Position numbers and translations under genes: made by a program. Under the pieces are notes generated by a model, which made no database searches, was not told the DNA's origin, and saw only the letters and a list, made by a program, of their open reading frames with translations. A stretch of DNA of 63,938 bases, the filler included, from an uncultured Methanosarcinales archaeon (GTDB lineage Archaea > Nanobdellota > Nanobdellia > Woesearchaeales > CAYSVS01), in NCBI GenBank assembly GCA_964434475.1. It is 3 parts of 3 records of this genome, joined end to end, with 100 filler letters (N's around TTAATTAATTAA, not from the genome) between each part and the next. Parts side by side here need not be neighbours in the genome. Positions count along the whole stretch, not along the records: positions 26,610 to 51,337 come from CAYSVS010000016.1; 2 more parts are not named here. One strand, 5' to 3'. The stretch's first letter is position 1; each line of letters opens with the position of its first letter. This document shows positions 30,482 to 39,325 of the stretch, one piece after another.

Positions 30482-31864
30482 ATGGAAAACAATATCAATT
30501 TCTACAGATACAAGAAATTCAATGAAAAATATTTTCTTACAACCGATCATGGAAGCTATTGCGTACTGGATGAAAAAGAGTTTAGTAATTTAAAAAAAAA
30601 AGATATAAACAGTATCCTAAAACAAAAGCTTGAACAAAGCGAAATTCTCTTGGACAAAAGCACAATAGAAGAATCTGTTAGGTTGACAAGAAAAAGAAAC
30701 CATTTTCTGTTCAACGGTGCTTCGTTGCACATTGTCGTTGTAACATTAAGATGCAACATGAACTGCATATATTGTCATGCGAGCTCTGAACAAGAAAACA
30801 AAGATGAATTTGATATGGATAAGGAAACAGCGAAAAAAACAGTTGATTTTATATTTCAGACACCAAGTAAAGATATTTGCATTGAGTTTCAAGGTGGAGA
30901 GCCTTTGCTCAACATTGAAATAATAAAATACATAGTAGAATATGCTAAAGAAAAAAACAAAGAAGCAAAAAAAGAACTAGAATTTACTTTGGTAAGCAAC
31001 TTAAGTTTGATGGACGACAAAATCTTGGATTATCTTATAATAAACAACATAAGCATATGCACTTCTTTGGACGGACCTAAGGAGTTGCACGATTATAACA
31101 GAATATTCTCTAAAACAAGCAATTATGAACAAGTTACATATTGGATCAGAAAAATACAAGAGGAATACAAGAAAAGAAACATAAAAAACAAAAAAATAAA
31201 TGCATTGGTTACATTGACTAACAAAAGCCTGCAATACTCTAAAGGAATAATAGATGAATATGTTAAACTAAGATTGAATATAATCCACCTAAGATATCCT
31301 AATAATTTAGGTTTTGCTAAAGAAGCATGGAAAAACATCAGGTTTTCGGCAGACGAGTTTATAGGATTCTGGAAAACATGCATGGAATACATCAAAGAAC
31401 TTCAGAACAAGGGAATAAACATCCAAGAGAGGATGTTCAACATAATGTTCAAGAAGATAAACGAACAATATGACCCTAATTATCTGGATCTTAGAACACC
31501 TTGCGGCGCTGTAATAAGTCAATTAACATACAATTATAATGGAAATATTTTTGGCTGCGATGCTGCAAGAATGCTGCAAGATAACATCTTCCAGATAGGG
31601 AATGTACACAAAGATAATTACAAAGAAACAACAAATTGCGACAAAGCTTGTACAATAATTAACGCTTCAATAAATGATCAATACATATGTGACGATTGTG
31701 TTTACAAACCCTATTGCGGAGTTTGTCCTGTAATAAATTATTCAGAACAAGGAAATATAATAGGAAAGATAACACAAACTGACAGATGCAAGATATTGAA
31801 ACAGCAGTTTGATTATGTAGTTAAAGAAAAGTTTATAAATACAGAAAATAATTATTATGATTAA
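30482..31864 (+). CDS. hxsB: Radical SAM/SPASM peptide maturase, HxsB-like
   Basis: TLRCNMNCIYCHAS, EFQGGEPLL, TSLDGP, DLRTPCGA, and SPASM Cys pattern CDDCVYKPYCGVCP...C. Confidence 0.88.
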   Translation: MENNINFYRYKKFNEKYFLTTDHGSYCVLDEKEFSNLKKKDINSILKQKLEQSEILLDKSTIEESVRLTRKRNHFLFNGASLHIVVVTLRCNMNCIYCHASSEQENKDEFDMDKETAKKTVDFIFQTPSKDICIEFQGGEPLLNIEIIKYIVEYAKEKNKEAKKELEFTLVSNLSLMDDKILDYLIINNISICTSLDGPKELHDYNRIFSKTSNYEQVTYWIRKIQEEYKKRNIKNKKINALVTLTNKSLQYSKGIIDEYVKLRLNIIHLRYPNNLGFAKEAWKNIRFSADEFIGFWKTCMEYIKELQNKGINIQERMFNIMFKKINEQYDPNYLDLRTPCGAVISQLTYNYNGNIFGCDAARMLQDNIFQIGNVHKDNYKETTNCDKACTIINASINDQYICDDCVYKPYCGVCPVINYSEQGNIIGKITQTDRCKILKQQFDYVVKEKFINTENNYYD

Positions 31865-32120
31865 CGTGGTCAATTTTCCTAAACTAAAGAAAAAGATAGA
31901 ATCATTCTTGACAAAAGAAGATGGAAAAATAAGCAAAGAGAACATAGTAAAAACAGGAATAGTGTTAAGCGTAGCAGCTGCTGCCGCAGTAAAAAACAGC
32001 GATGCAGATTGTCCTCCAACGATAGGAAAATACAATGACCATTGCAACGGATTAAGTGTTACTATGCCAACACCAAAAACAGTCAAGGCAACGCACAATC
32101 ATGCAGTCAACGAAGGTTAA
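31857..32120 (+). CDS. Putative RiPP precursor peptide with pilin-like leader
   Basis: Overlaps the rSAM stop. Leader FLTKEDG-KISKE, a hydrophobic stretch, then a core with HCN and HNH. Confidence 0.75.
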   Translation: MINVVNFPKLKKKIESFLTKEDGKISKENIVKTGIVLSVAAAAAVKNSDADCPPTIGKYNDHCNGLSVTMPTPKTVKATHNHAVNEG

Positions 32121-32785
32121 ATATAATCTTGAGGATTAGATTTTCTGTGTATATTATTCTGTATTTTATTATACATATTGGTGCAAGAATCCTTTGCTTC
32201 TTTTGGATGCATTCCGAGCACAGTAAAAAAAGTACATAAATCCTTCGCAGTTCGCATCTCATAAGGATCGTTTGCAAAGCTCGCAATTATAGAATTTATC
32301 TTATACTTTCTTATCAGCTTTATGTTCTGCATTATCCTTCCAAGAAATTTAACCCTGTTTTTATCGTCATTAAGCAATGTTGAAAACGCAATACCTAAAG
32401 ATATTTTTTTTTCTTTTAACAATTTACAAAGTACTTGATTCAATCCTGATTCTCTGTAGTGGATAGGATCAGATAATTCAGAACATTCTAAGTCATAGAT
32501 TATATCCATCTCTTTTCTTTCAAAAAATTTTCTTTCCCTATTGTTGGTCAATACTATATCAGCAATCTTCTTTGCTTTTCTTGCTTTAGTTAAATCTTTT
32601 ATCCTTAACCCTAAAAATATATGGATCTTGCTGTTTTTCAGAGCATTATCCTTGAACTTGTTAAATTTCTTGATATCAAAACTACTAAAATCATACACAA
32701 AGCACAATGCTTTTATGCCTAGCTTATCTGCAAAATCTACAAATTTATCTTCATTGTTCTTTGGAAAGACTATATCACGAAACAT
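32117..32785 (-). CDS. rnp3: Ribonuclease P protein component 3 (Rpp30)
   Basis: SGLNQVLCK, RIMQNIKLIRKY, SFANDPYEMR. Confidence 0.85.
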   Translation of the reverse strand: MFRDIVFPKNNEDKFVDFADKLGIKALCFVYDFSSFDIKKFNKFKDNALKNSKIHIFLGLRIKDLTKARKAKKIADIVLTNNRERKFFERKEMDIIYDLECSELSDPIHYRESGLNQVLCKLLKEKKISLGIAFSTLLNDDKNRVKFLGRIMQNIKLIRKYKINSIIASFANDPYEMRTAKDLCTFFTVLGMHPKEAKDSCTNMYNKIQNNIHRKSNPQDYI

Positions 32786-32840
32786 AATGTGAAAATTAAA
32801 GAAAAGATTATTTAAAGCTTATTTATTTTCAATATAGAAA

Positions 32841-33722
32841 TTAAACCACTTCTTCTAAAATCTCGCAACACTTACATATTTCGCCTTTTGCTGGCTGACC
32901 ACATTTCTTACACTGATTAGGTTCCTCATCAGTATGAAATTGTTGTTTCAGTTTAGGCAATACTTTCAAAAAATTATCAATAATATTTTGCTTTGTTCCT
33001 TTGTGTTCCTTTTCATAATCATTCAACAACTGCTTCACTGTCCACCTATAGCTTTTGCCAGCATACTTGCATTTACTTTCATCAAACGCAAAATTTTTTA
33101 ATTTTGCATACAATAAAATCTCTTCTTCTTTCAAAAAATACAAAGGCTTTACTCTTTGTGTAAAAAATTTAGCAAATTTTTTTAAACCTGTCATAGGTCC
33201 TAGCCTGGGCAATAAACTAGGATTGCCCCTGAACAGATTGACCAGTATTGCCTGGCATTCATCATCAAGATTATGACCAGTGACTATCTTATCATAACCT
33301 TTTGAATATTTATTCAGCAGAGATCTCCTCAATGTCCCGCATATATGGCAGGAATTGAATTTTTGCTTTACATACATTATCTTATCCATATCTTTGCCAA
33401 ACTCTTTCTCAAAACTTATTATCTTAAGTTTGATATTATTGTCTTTACAAAATTTTTTAAGATGACCTATAGCTACATCCCTGCTCCCTTCAATACCTTC
33501 ATCTATCACAATAGCATCAACATTTCCAAAGAGCTTTTTAACGATATGCATCACTACCAAGCTATCCTTTCCACCTGAAGCTGCTATAACTATCTTGTCA
33601 TCCGTAGACAAAAGACCATATTTACTTATAGTATCATTTACCTTATTCTCAAAATATTCTATAAAATGCTCTCTGCACAATTCATTATAAAAAACGCTTT
33701 CATCACATAATTTACACTTCAT
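32841..33722 (-). CDS. TtuA/Ncs6 family tRNA 2-thiolation enzyme (TIGR00269-like)
   Basis: N- and C-terminal Zn fingers, SGGKDS PP-loop, CHICGTLRR, GHNLDDE. Confidence 0.9.
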   Translation of the reverse strand: MKCKLCDESVFYNELCREHFIEYFENKVNDTISKYGLLSTDDKIVIAASGGKDSLVVMHIVKKLFGNVDAIVIDEGIEGSRDVAIGHLKKFCKDNNIKLKIISFEKEFGKDMDKIMYVKQKFNSCHICGTLRRSLLNKYSKGYDKIVTGHNLDDECQAILVNLFRGNPSLLPRLGPMTGLKKFAKFFTQRVKPLYFLKEEEILLYAKLKNFAFDESKCKYAGKSYRWTVKQLLNDYEKEHKGTKQNIIDNFLKVLPKLKQQFHTDEEPNQCKKCGQPAKGEICKCCEILEEVV

Positions 33723-33967
33723 AAATCTTTAAAAATATGGTTTATTTTTAAATGTTTATGGATATATTGACATTAGAAGAGAGGACAGAGATATTTGAAG
33801 AAAATAAAATATATTTGGATAGTACTAATTCTCAAGTTTAGAAAACATATCACAACTTAAGCGATAAATATATGATGGGCGCCCTCAAAGAAATGCGTGA
33901 TGAAATAAGGAATGAACAATAATAATTTTTATTGTATTCTTTAAACGCAGGTAAATAACCAAATGCT

Positions 33968-34393
33968 TTATTTAACAATAAAAGTATCAAGAATTCTTAG
34001 TATTTCATCTTTATAAGAAGATAAAGGAATCAACAAAAAATGGAGAGTTAAAGGTTTTTTGGATTTAAAATGGATATAAACCATATTATTTTTAATTTTA
34101 TAACCTTCGAAATTAGTCCAATACATCATATTTGATATAGCTAAAGGTCCGGAAATCTTTATTCCTTCATCACTGAACTCATACGTTAATTTCATCAGAA
34201 AAAAATAAATTATAAGAAAAATAAACATTGCCAAGCCTACAAATGAAATGGAATATAAAGAAAAGAAAATACCTGAAAAGATAACAAAGACAGGGAACAA
34301 AAAATATAACAATAATAATACTTTAGGAATGGTTTCGTAAAACCGGCAACCATACTTTAAATAAACAACTCTTTCCTTTAGATATTGTTTCAT
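33968..34393 (-). CDS. Hypothetical membrane protein (2 TM plus YcxB/PH-like C-terminus)
   Basis: Two TM helices then YEFSDEGIKI...YW. Confidence 0.6.
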   Translation of the reverse strand: MKQYLKERVVYLKYGCRFYETIPKVLLLLYFLFPVFVIFSGIFFSLYSISFVGLAMFIFLIIYFFLMKLTYEFSDEGIKISGPLAISNMMYWTNFEGYKIKNNMVYIHFKSKKPLTLHFLLIPLSSYKDEILRILDTFIVK

Positions 34394-34447
34394 AAAAACA
34401 ATATAAATTAAGGATATTTAAAATGTTTGGTTAAAGCGAACTAATTT

Positions 34448-35287
34448 TTAGTTGTTTTGCAGTTCATCCAACTTTTTTTCAATTTCTTCCTTTGTCATAC
34501 CGACCAAAGGTCTAAACTCTACTAATCCTATATCTAATTGCTCAACTTCATCTAAAGTTTGTCCAACAACAACTGCGTTAATTTTATGTTTTTCAGCAAT
34601 TTCTTTAATCTCTTTTTTGTTAGATATTTTTATGTTCTCTAACTTTGCCCCGCAAGAATATTTTTCTAAAACATCATATGCAATATTTCCTAGATTCAAC
34701 AAAACAACAGGACACCCTCTTTTCATCATAAGAAACGCAGCATATATGTCTTTCCTGTCTTCAAGCAGACAAAGCAATTTTCCTGCGCTTCCTAAAGGCA
34801 ATCCTCCAACAGCTTTCTTTTTTTCTGAAAAAACATATGCTTTATCCTTGACTATCTCTATGCATATTTCTTTATCAAAATTTTTAAGGTTAACCTTTGC
34901 TTTTGTTTTCTCAACAACATAAGCTCCAATCTCTCTGTCAATTTCCATAGACGTTTTTTTATGGCCTTTATTGCTTCTTTGTGTTGTTACCCTAAATTTT
35001 GTTTTTTCGTCAAAATCACATATTACGTGAGAAACAGTTTGTTTTATAGATTCAATATCTGAATCGCAAACCTTTGCATAACTATAGCTGACAATTCCAA
35101 ATATATTTTTTATTTCATCAAATTTTTCATCAGTATAAACGAACAATCTTCCATGACTTTTTACTATCTTATCAAAAGAAATATTATTTTTTTTCAGGCA
35201 TTGCTTGACATTATCTTTCAGAATATCCTCAAATATTTTTCTGTTTCCACCTTTTAACGCTATCTCTCCGTATCTAACAATTATCAT
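34448..35287 (-). CDS. ThiI-like THUMP protein with degenerate catalytic domain
   Basis: IVRYGEIALKGGNR, THUMP domain, GGLPLG and MMKRGC retained; SGGIDS PP-loop absent. Confidence 0.85.
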   Translation of the reverse strand: MIIVRYGEIALKGGNRKIFEDILKDNVKQCLKKNNISFDKIVKSHGRLFVYTDEKFDEIKNIFGIVSYSYAKVCDSDIESIKQTVSHVICDFDEKTKFRVTTQRSNKGHKKTSMEIDREIGAYVVEKTKAKVNLKNFDKEICIEIVKDKAYVFSEKKKAVGGLPLGSAGKLLCLLEDRKDIYAAFLMMKRGCPVVLLNLGNIAYDVLEKYSCGAKLENIKISNKKEIKEIAEKHKINAVVVGQTLDEVEQLDIGLVEFRPLVGMTKEEIEKKLDELQNN

Positions 35288-36798
35288 TTTCTTTTCTTGT
35301 AGTCTTCAATCGCTTTTCTTAACGCATCTATGGAAAGATTAGAGCAATGAAGCTTCAGCGAAGGCAATCCTCCTAATTCATCAGAAATATCCTTGTTAGT
35401 CATCCTTTCTATCTCTGTTAGAGTCCTTCCCTTGACCATCTCGGTCATCTTTGAGCTTGTAGCGATTGCGGCAACACACCCGAACGTCTTTACCTTGATA
35501 TCTTTTATGTATTCTTTGCCTTCCTCATTTTTCTCTACTTTGATAAAAACTTCCATCACATCTCCGCAATTATGTAAAATAAATGCCTCTGAGATAAATG
35601 ATTTGGTTTTATTGACTTCAAGGTTGTGGACTGTTCCATTATATTTTATCTTTTTAACCGAAGATAAAGGCATAAAAAGATAATTTTTATCAAACCAAGA
35701 GTCGATTGATTTTCTTTTTGCTGATTTAAATTTAATCTTCAATATATCTGCTAATTTTTTAAGAGACTCCCTGTGACCTATATGAATTCTATATGCTTCT
35801 TTATGAAAAAGACCTTTTCTTTCTTTTGCAGCTTCTACATAAATTGAAGGCACTATTTTTTGTCTAATTAGTAATATTTTAATCTGTTGACAAAGTCTTC
35901 TAGATATAGTTGCATATCCCGCACGAGATTTATTTATATTAAAAAAACCATCTCCTTTCCAAAGACCATAGATTAAGCTTTTCTGTTTCTCAGGAGGAAG
36001 TAACATAAAAAAATAAGGAATAGATTTGTTTTTAGCGCCATTATCAAATAATTCTTTAAAAAGACGCGCTATCCAAACATTATATATGTGTACTGCGACG
36101 ACATTGCTATTTGTTCTGAACTCTTTCTTACCATTAATACCAAATAAATGTTTTACAATATAAAGTACGTCATCTGCAAGATGATTCTCGTTGATATTAA
36201 ATGAAAAAGTCAGATAAGTTTTACAGGTTTTAAGCCTTATGCTGCCTTCAGCCAAATAATAACCAGATAATCTTAAAAATTTTGCATTAATAGGGATCTT
36301 TTTAGGTATAGATATACTCTTGAAATCCCATTTTTTTTTAACATTGTTATAGTAAATATAATCCTTATCTTCAATTATTTTTAGAATAGGATATAATACA
36401 ACATCATTTTTTTCTAAATCATAAGCATGATACCATGCTGACAGCAATTCTTTTTTATTCTTGATTCTAGCAAATTTATCTTTTTTAGGAACTTTGACAG
36501 CTAAAACCATATGCTCAGGGGTTAAAAGAATGTTTCCTAACTTATTTTTAAATTCTATCAAAGAACCATAATATTTTCTTTTTGATATATTTTCAACAGC
36601 ACTGTATTTGCCATTACAGTCTAGGACCTTGTGATTTCTGGTTATTTCTTCAATAGGCAATAAAGCACCCTCTAAATGTATATTAAAACCCTTTGCAATG
36701 CATGTAGGATTTCCTACCCTGCCTATGCCGTTAGCATCTTCCAGCTTCCCCATATTTTTAGGATTCTTAAATTGATCTATCACTTTTTCATTGTACAT
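35284..36798 (-). CDS. iscU: IscU/NifU-type Fe-S scaffold interrupted by an intein (126 aa after splicing)
   Basis: N-extein ...NPKNMG...VGNPT; C-extein CGDVM...KTFGCVAAIATSS...KLHCS. Confidence 0.92.
   Translation of the reverse strand: MYNEKVIDQFKNPKNMGKLEDANGIGRVGNPTCIAKGFNIHLEGALLPIEEITRNHKVLDCNGKYSAVENISKRKYYGSLIEFKNKLGNILLTPEHMVLAVKVPKKDKFARIKNKKELLSAWYHAYDLEKNDVVLYPILKIIEDKDYIYYNNVKKKWDFKSISIPKKIPINAKFLRLSGYYLAEGSIRLKTCKTYLTFSFNINENHLADDVLYIVKHLFGINGKKEFRTNSNVVAVHIYNVWIARLFKELFDNGAKNKSIPYFFMLLPPEKQKSLIYGLWKGDGFFNINKSRAGYATISRRLCQQIKILLIRQKIVPSIYVEAAKERKGLFHKEAYRIHIGHRESLKKLADILKIKFKSAKRKSIDSWFDKNYLFMPLSSVKKIKYNGTVHNLEVNKTKSFISEAFILHNCGDVMEVFIKVEKNEEGKEYIKDIKVKTFGCVAAIATSSKMTEMVKGRTLTEIERMTNKDISDELGGLPSLKLHCSNLSIDALRKAIEDYKKRK
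35569..36702 (-). mobile_element. Intein with LAGLIDADG homing endonuclease (378 aa)
   Basis: Starts Cys (CIAKG), block B LTPEH, LAGLIDADG blocks LSGYYLAEG and IYGLWKGDG, block F VHNLEV, ends HN followed by Cys+1. Confidence 0.93.
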
Positions 36799-36904
36799 TA
36801 AAAATCACCTTGTGATTTTTGATTCTTAAAACTTTCTTTAGTTTTAAATATCATAAAACATGCTAAAAACAACTTATTTTCGATTATCTTTGATTTTTTG
36901 CGCA

Positions 36905-38047
36905 TTATTTCACCAGCGGACTTATCTTTCTAAGTTTGTCTACAATATCCTTAACTTTTTTGATAGTGTAATCTATCTGTTTTTTTGTAATGTATTTGCT
37001 CAAGGTAAATCTTATGCTTCCGTGCGCATCTTCTATCTTTTGGCCTAATGCCAACAGCACATAACTAGGTTCTAATGTTTTACTCGAGCAAGCGCTTCCC
37101 GTGCTTACACTTATCCCTTCAAGATCAAGATGCATAAGCAAGCTTTCCCCTTCAACATGTTTAAAAGAGATATTGACATTATTGCATAACCTTTTTTCTA
37201 TTGAACCATTGAGTATAGTATAGGGAATCTTCAACAATCCTTCAATTAAATAATCCCTCAACTTCTGCATCTCTTGAACATATTTATTGTCAGCTATCTC
37301 AACAGCTTTTGCCATACCAACTATTCCTGGAACATTTTCTGTTCCTGCTCTCAATTTAAATTCATGGCTTCCGCCTGTGTTTTGAGATAACATTTTTGTT
37401 CCTTGTTTAATGTATAAAAATCCCGCCCCCTTAGGTCCGTGTATCTTGTGGCTTGATGCAGACAACAAACAAATATTCATATTTTCAACATCAATATCAA
37501 ATTTAGTATAACTTTGAACAGCGTCAGTATGCAATGCAATATTATTTTCTTCACAAACCTTTCCTATATTTTCTATGTCCTGTATTGTTCCTATGACATT
37601 GTTTCCGTGTATTATAGAAACGAGAATCGTTTTCTTTGTTATTGATTTTTTCAATTGCTCTATATCGACAAAACCATCTTCATCAACATCAAGATAAGTT
37701 ACTTCAAAACCTTGCTTCTCTAATTCCTTGCAAGTATTCAAAACAGCAGGATGTTCAATTCTTGTAGTGATAATATGGTTGCCTTTGTCCTTGTTCGCAA
37801 AAGCATAACCTCTTATGGCAAAATTATCGCTTTCGGTTCCGCCAGAAGTAAACACTATCTCTCCTGAATTAGCTCCTATGGAATCTGCTATTATTTTCCT
37901 AGCTTCCTCTACTGCTTCTCTTGCCTCCCTTCCATAAGAGTGCAAACTAGATGCATTGCCATATTGCTCATAAAAATAAGGCAGCATAACTTCAATAACT
38001 TCTTTTGCAACCTTTGTTGTCGCACCGTTGTCTAAGTAAATTTTCAT
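36905..38047 (-). CDS. iscS: Cysteine desulfurase IscS/NifS
   Basis: IYLDNGATT, FTSGGTESDN, HTDAVQ, SSHKIHGPKG, STGSACSS. Confidence 0.96.
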   Translation of the reverse strand: MKIYLDNGATTKVAKEVIEVMLPYFYEQYGNASSLHSYGREAREAVEEARKIIADSIGANSGEIVFTSGGTESDNFAIRGYAFANKDKGNHIITTRIEHPAVLNTCKELEKQGFEVTYLDVDEDGFVDIEQLKKSITKKTILVSIIHGNNVIGTIQDIENIGKVCEENNIALHTDAVQSYTKFDIDVENMNICLLSASSHKIHGPKGAGFLYIKQGTKMLSQNTGGSHEFKLRAGTENVPGIVGMAKAVEIADNKYVQEMQKLRDYLIEGLLKIPYTILNGSIEKRLCNNVNISFKHVEGESLLMHLDLEGISVSTGSACSSKTLEPSYVLLALGQKIEDAHGSIRFTLSKYITKKQIDYTIKKVKDIVDKLRKISPLVK

Positions 38048-38069
38048 TTAAAACCACCTATACAATTTT

Positions 38070-38429
38070 TCATCTATAACACGCATTACAATCTTCATCT
38101 ATAACACTGCAAAACTGCATATGGTACTTGCACAAACTTTTATCCTGTTTAATATTTTCGCATATATCATGTATCTCTTTCATAGTATCTGCATTATCTT
38201 CAACTATACGCTTAGCCGCTGCTTTTATATCTTTTTTTATTTTTTCGTTAAACTCTATATCATTGGCTCTTTTGTTCTTTACATATTGAGTAACAGCTGC
38301 TCTTGAAACGTTTAGTTTTTCTGCTATCTCAGATTGGCTGATGCCTAATTGCAGCATCTGCTTGCTTAGTTCTGCTCTTATTGCTGGCAGAACATACCAT
38401 ACTTCAATTTCCTGGGGCATAATTTTCAT
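38070..38429 (-). CDS. Archaeal HTH transcriptional regulator with Cys-rich C-terminus
   Basis: PQEIEVWYVLPAIR, SQSEIAEKLNVSRAAVTQY HTH, CKYH..C.....C..C; AGGTGA RBS. Confidence 0.85.
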   Translation of the reverse strand: MKIMPQEIEVWYVLPAIRAELSKQMLQLGISQSEIAEKLNVSRAAVTQYVKNKRANDIEFNEKIKKDIKAAAKRIVEDNADTMKEIHDICENIKQDKSLCKYHMQFCSVIDEDCNACYR

Positions 38430-38504
38430 AATATCACCTGATTTCTTTATGTTAACTATAGTAAACAAGATATATTTAAATGTTGGGGTTATTTATTAAT
38501 TTAA

Positions 38505-39131
38505 ATGGATAAAAAAATAGCATTATTGTTGTTAAGTCAAGGAATAGATAGTCCTGTTGCCGGGCATATGATAAAAAAGCAAGGAATAGAGATTGAAGCC
38601 ATACATTTTGATACAGGAAATTCTATAGACACGATCAAAGAATTGTGTGCAAAAACAAAAATAAAAAAACTATACCTGATAAAATACAGTAAAGTATTGA
38701 AACAAATTTCTAAAATATGTAAAAAGGATTTGACTTGTGTACTGTGTAAAAGAACTATGCTGAAGATTGTTGAAAGATTGGCACAAAAAAAAAATATCAG
38801 CTATTTGATAACTGGGGATAATATAGCGCAAGTTGCAAGCCAGACAGTAGAAAACATGATAGCCATAAGATCCAATATAAATATGCCCATACTTAGTCCC
38901 TTATTGGGTTTTGATAAGCAAGAGATAATAGATATCGCAAAAAAAATAGAAACATATGAAATAAGTACGCAGAATGTTTCTAAGTGCTCTTTTGTACCTC
39001 TTAAGCCAATAACAAAAATAAGGACAGAAATTTTAGAAAAAGAAGAAAAGAAGTTAGAAAATGAAAAAATAATGAAAATAGCATTAGAAAATTGCAAAGA
39101 ATGTATCATAAACAGCACTAAAAAGCATTAA
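38505..39131 (+). CDS. Stand-alone ThiI catalytic (PP-loop) domain
   Basis: LLSQGIDSPVA, CVLCKR, TGDNIAQVASQT, PLLGFDKQEII, KCSFVP; no THUMP domain. Confidence 0.85.
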   Translation: MDKKIALLLLSQGIDSPVAGHMIKKQGIEIEAIHFDTGNSIDTIKELCAKTKIKKLYLIKYSKVLKQISKICKKDLTCVLCKRTMLKIVERLAQKKNISYLITGDNIAQVASQTVENMIAIRSNINMPILSPLLGFDKQEIIDIAKKIETYEISTQNVSKCSFVPLKPITKIRTEILEKEEKKLENEKIMKIALENCKECIINSTKKH

Positions 39132-39162
39132 AAAGATAATAAAAAGCCTCAAAAGCTTAAAT

Positions 39163-39185
39163 CTCCATAGGAAATCAAGGAGGTA
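39163..39185 (+). promoter_or_regulatory. ORB-like Orc1/Cdc6 binding box upstream of tbp-mcm-rpa
   Basis: CTCCATAGGAAATCAAGGAGGTA, nearly identical to the box upstream of cdc6. Confidence 0.55.
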
Positions 39186-39325
39186 TCCTAACGATAATAT
39201 ATATAATGAGACAATTCTATTTAAAAATGAAAGTATTTAAATATTAGTTCTTATTTATAAGCTTTATAAATTTATTTAAATAATATTTTTGTGATTTTTT
39301 AAATATTATAATGGGGGTAAACAAA

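Noticed and set aside
33758..33922. In-frame TAG (33839-33841) as pyrrolysine or recoding
   Set aside because: TAG is used as a normal stop in rpl37e, rps8e, secE and polC. A decayed ORF is the simpler explanation.
36800..36904. Short hairpins between iscS and iscU as a distinct element
   Set aside because: A/T-rich stems are expected at this base composition and no second copy was found.
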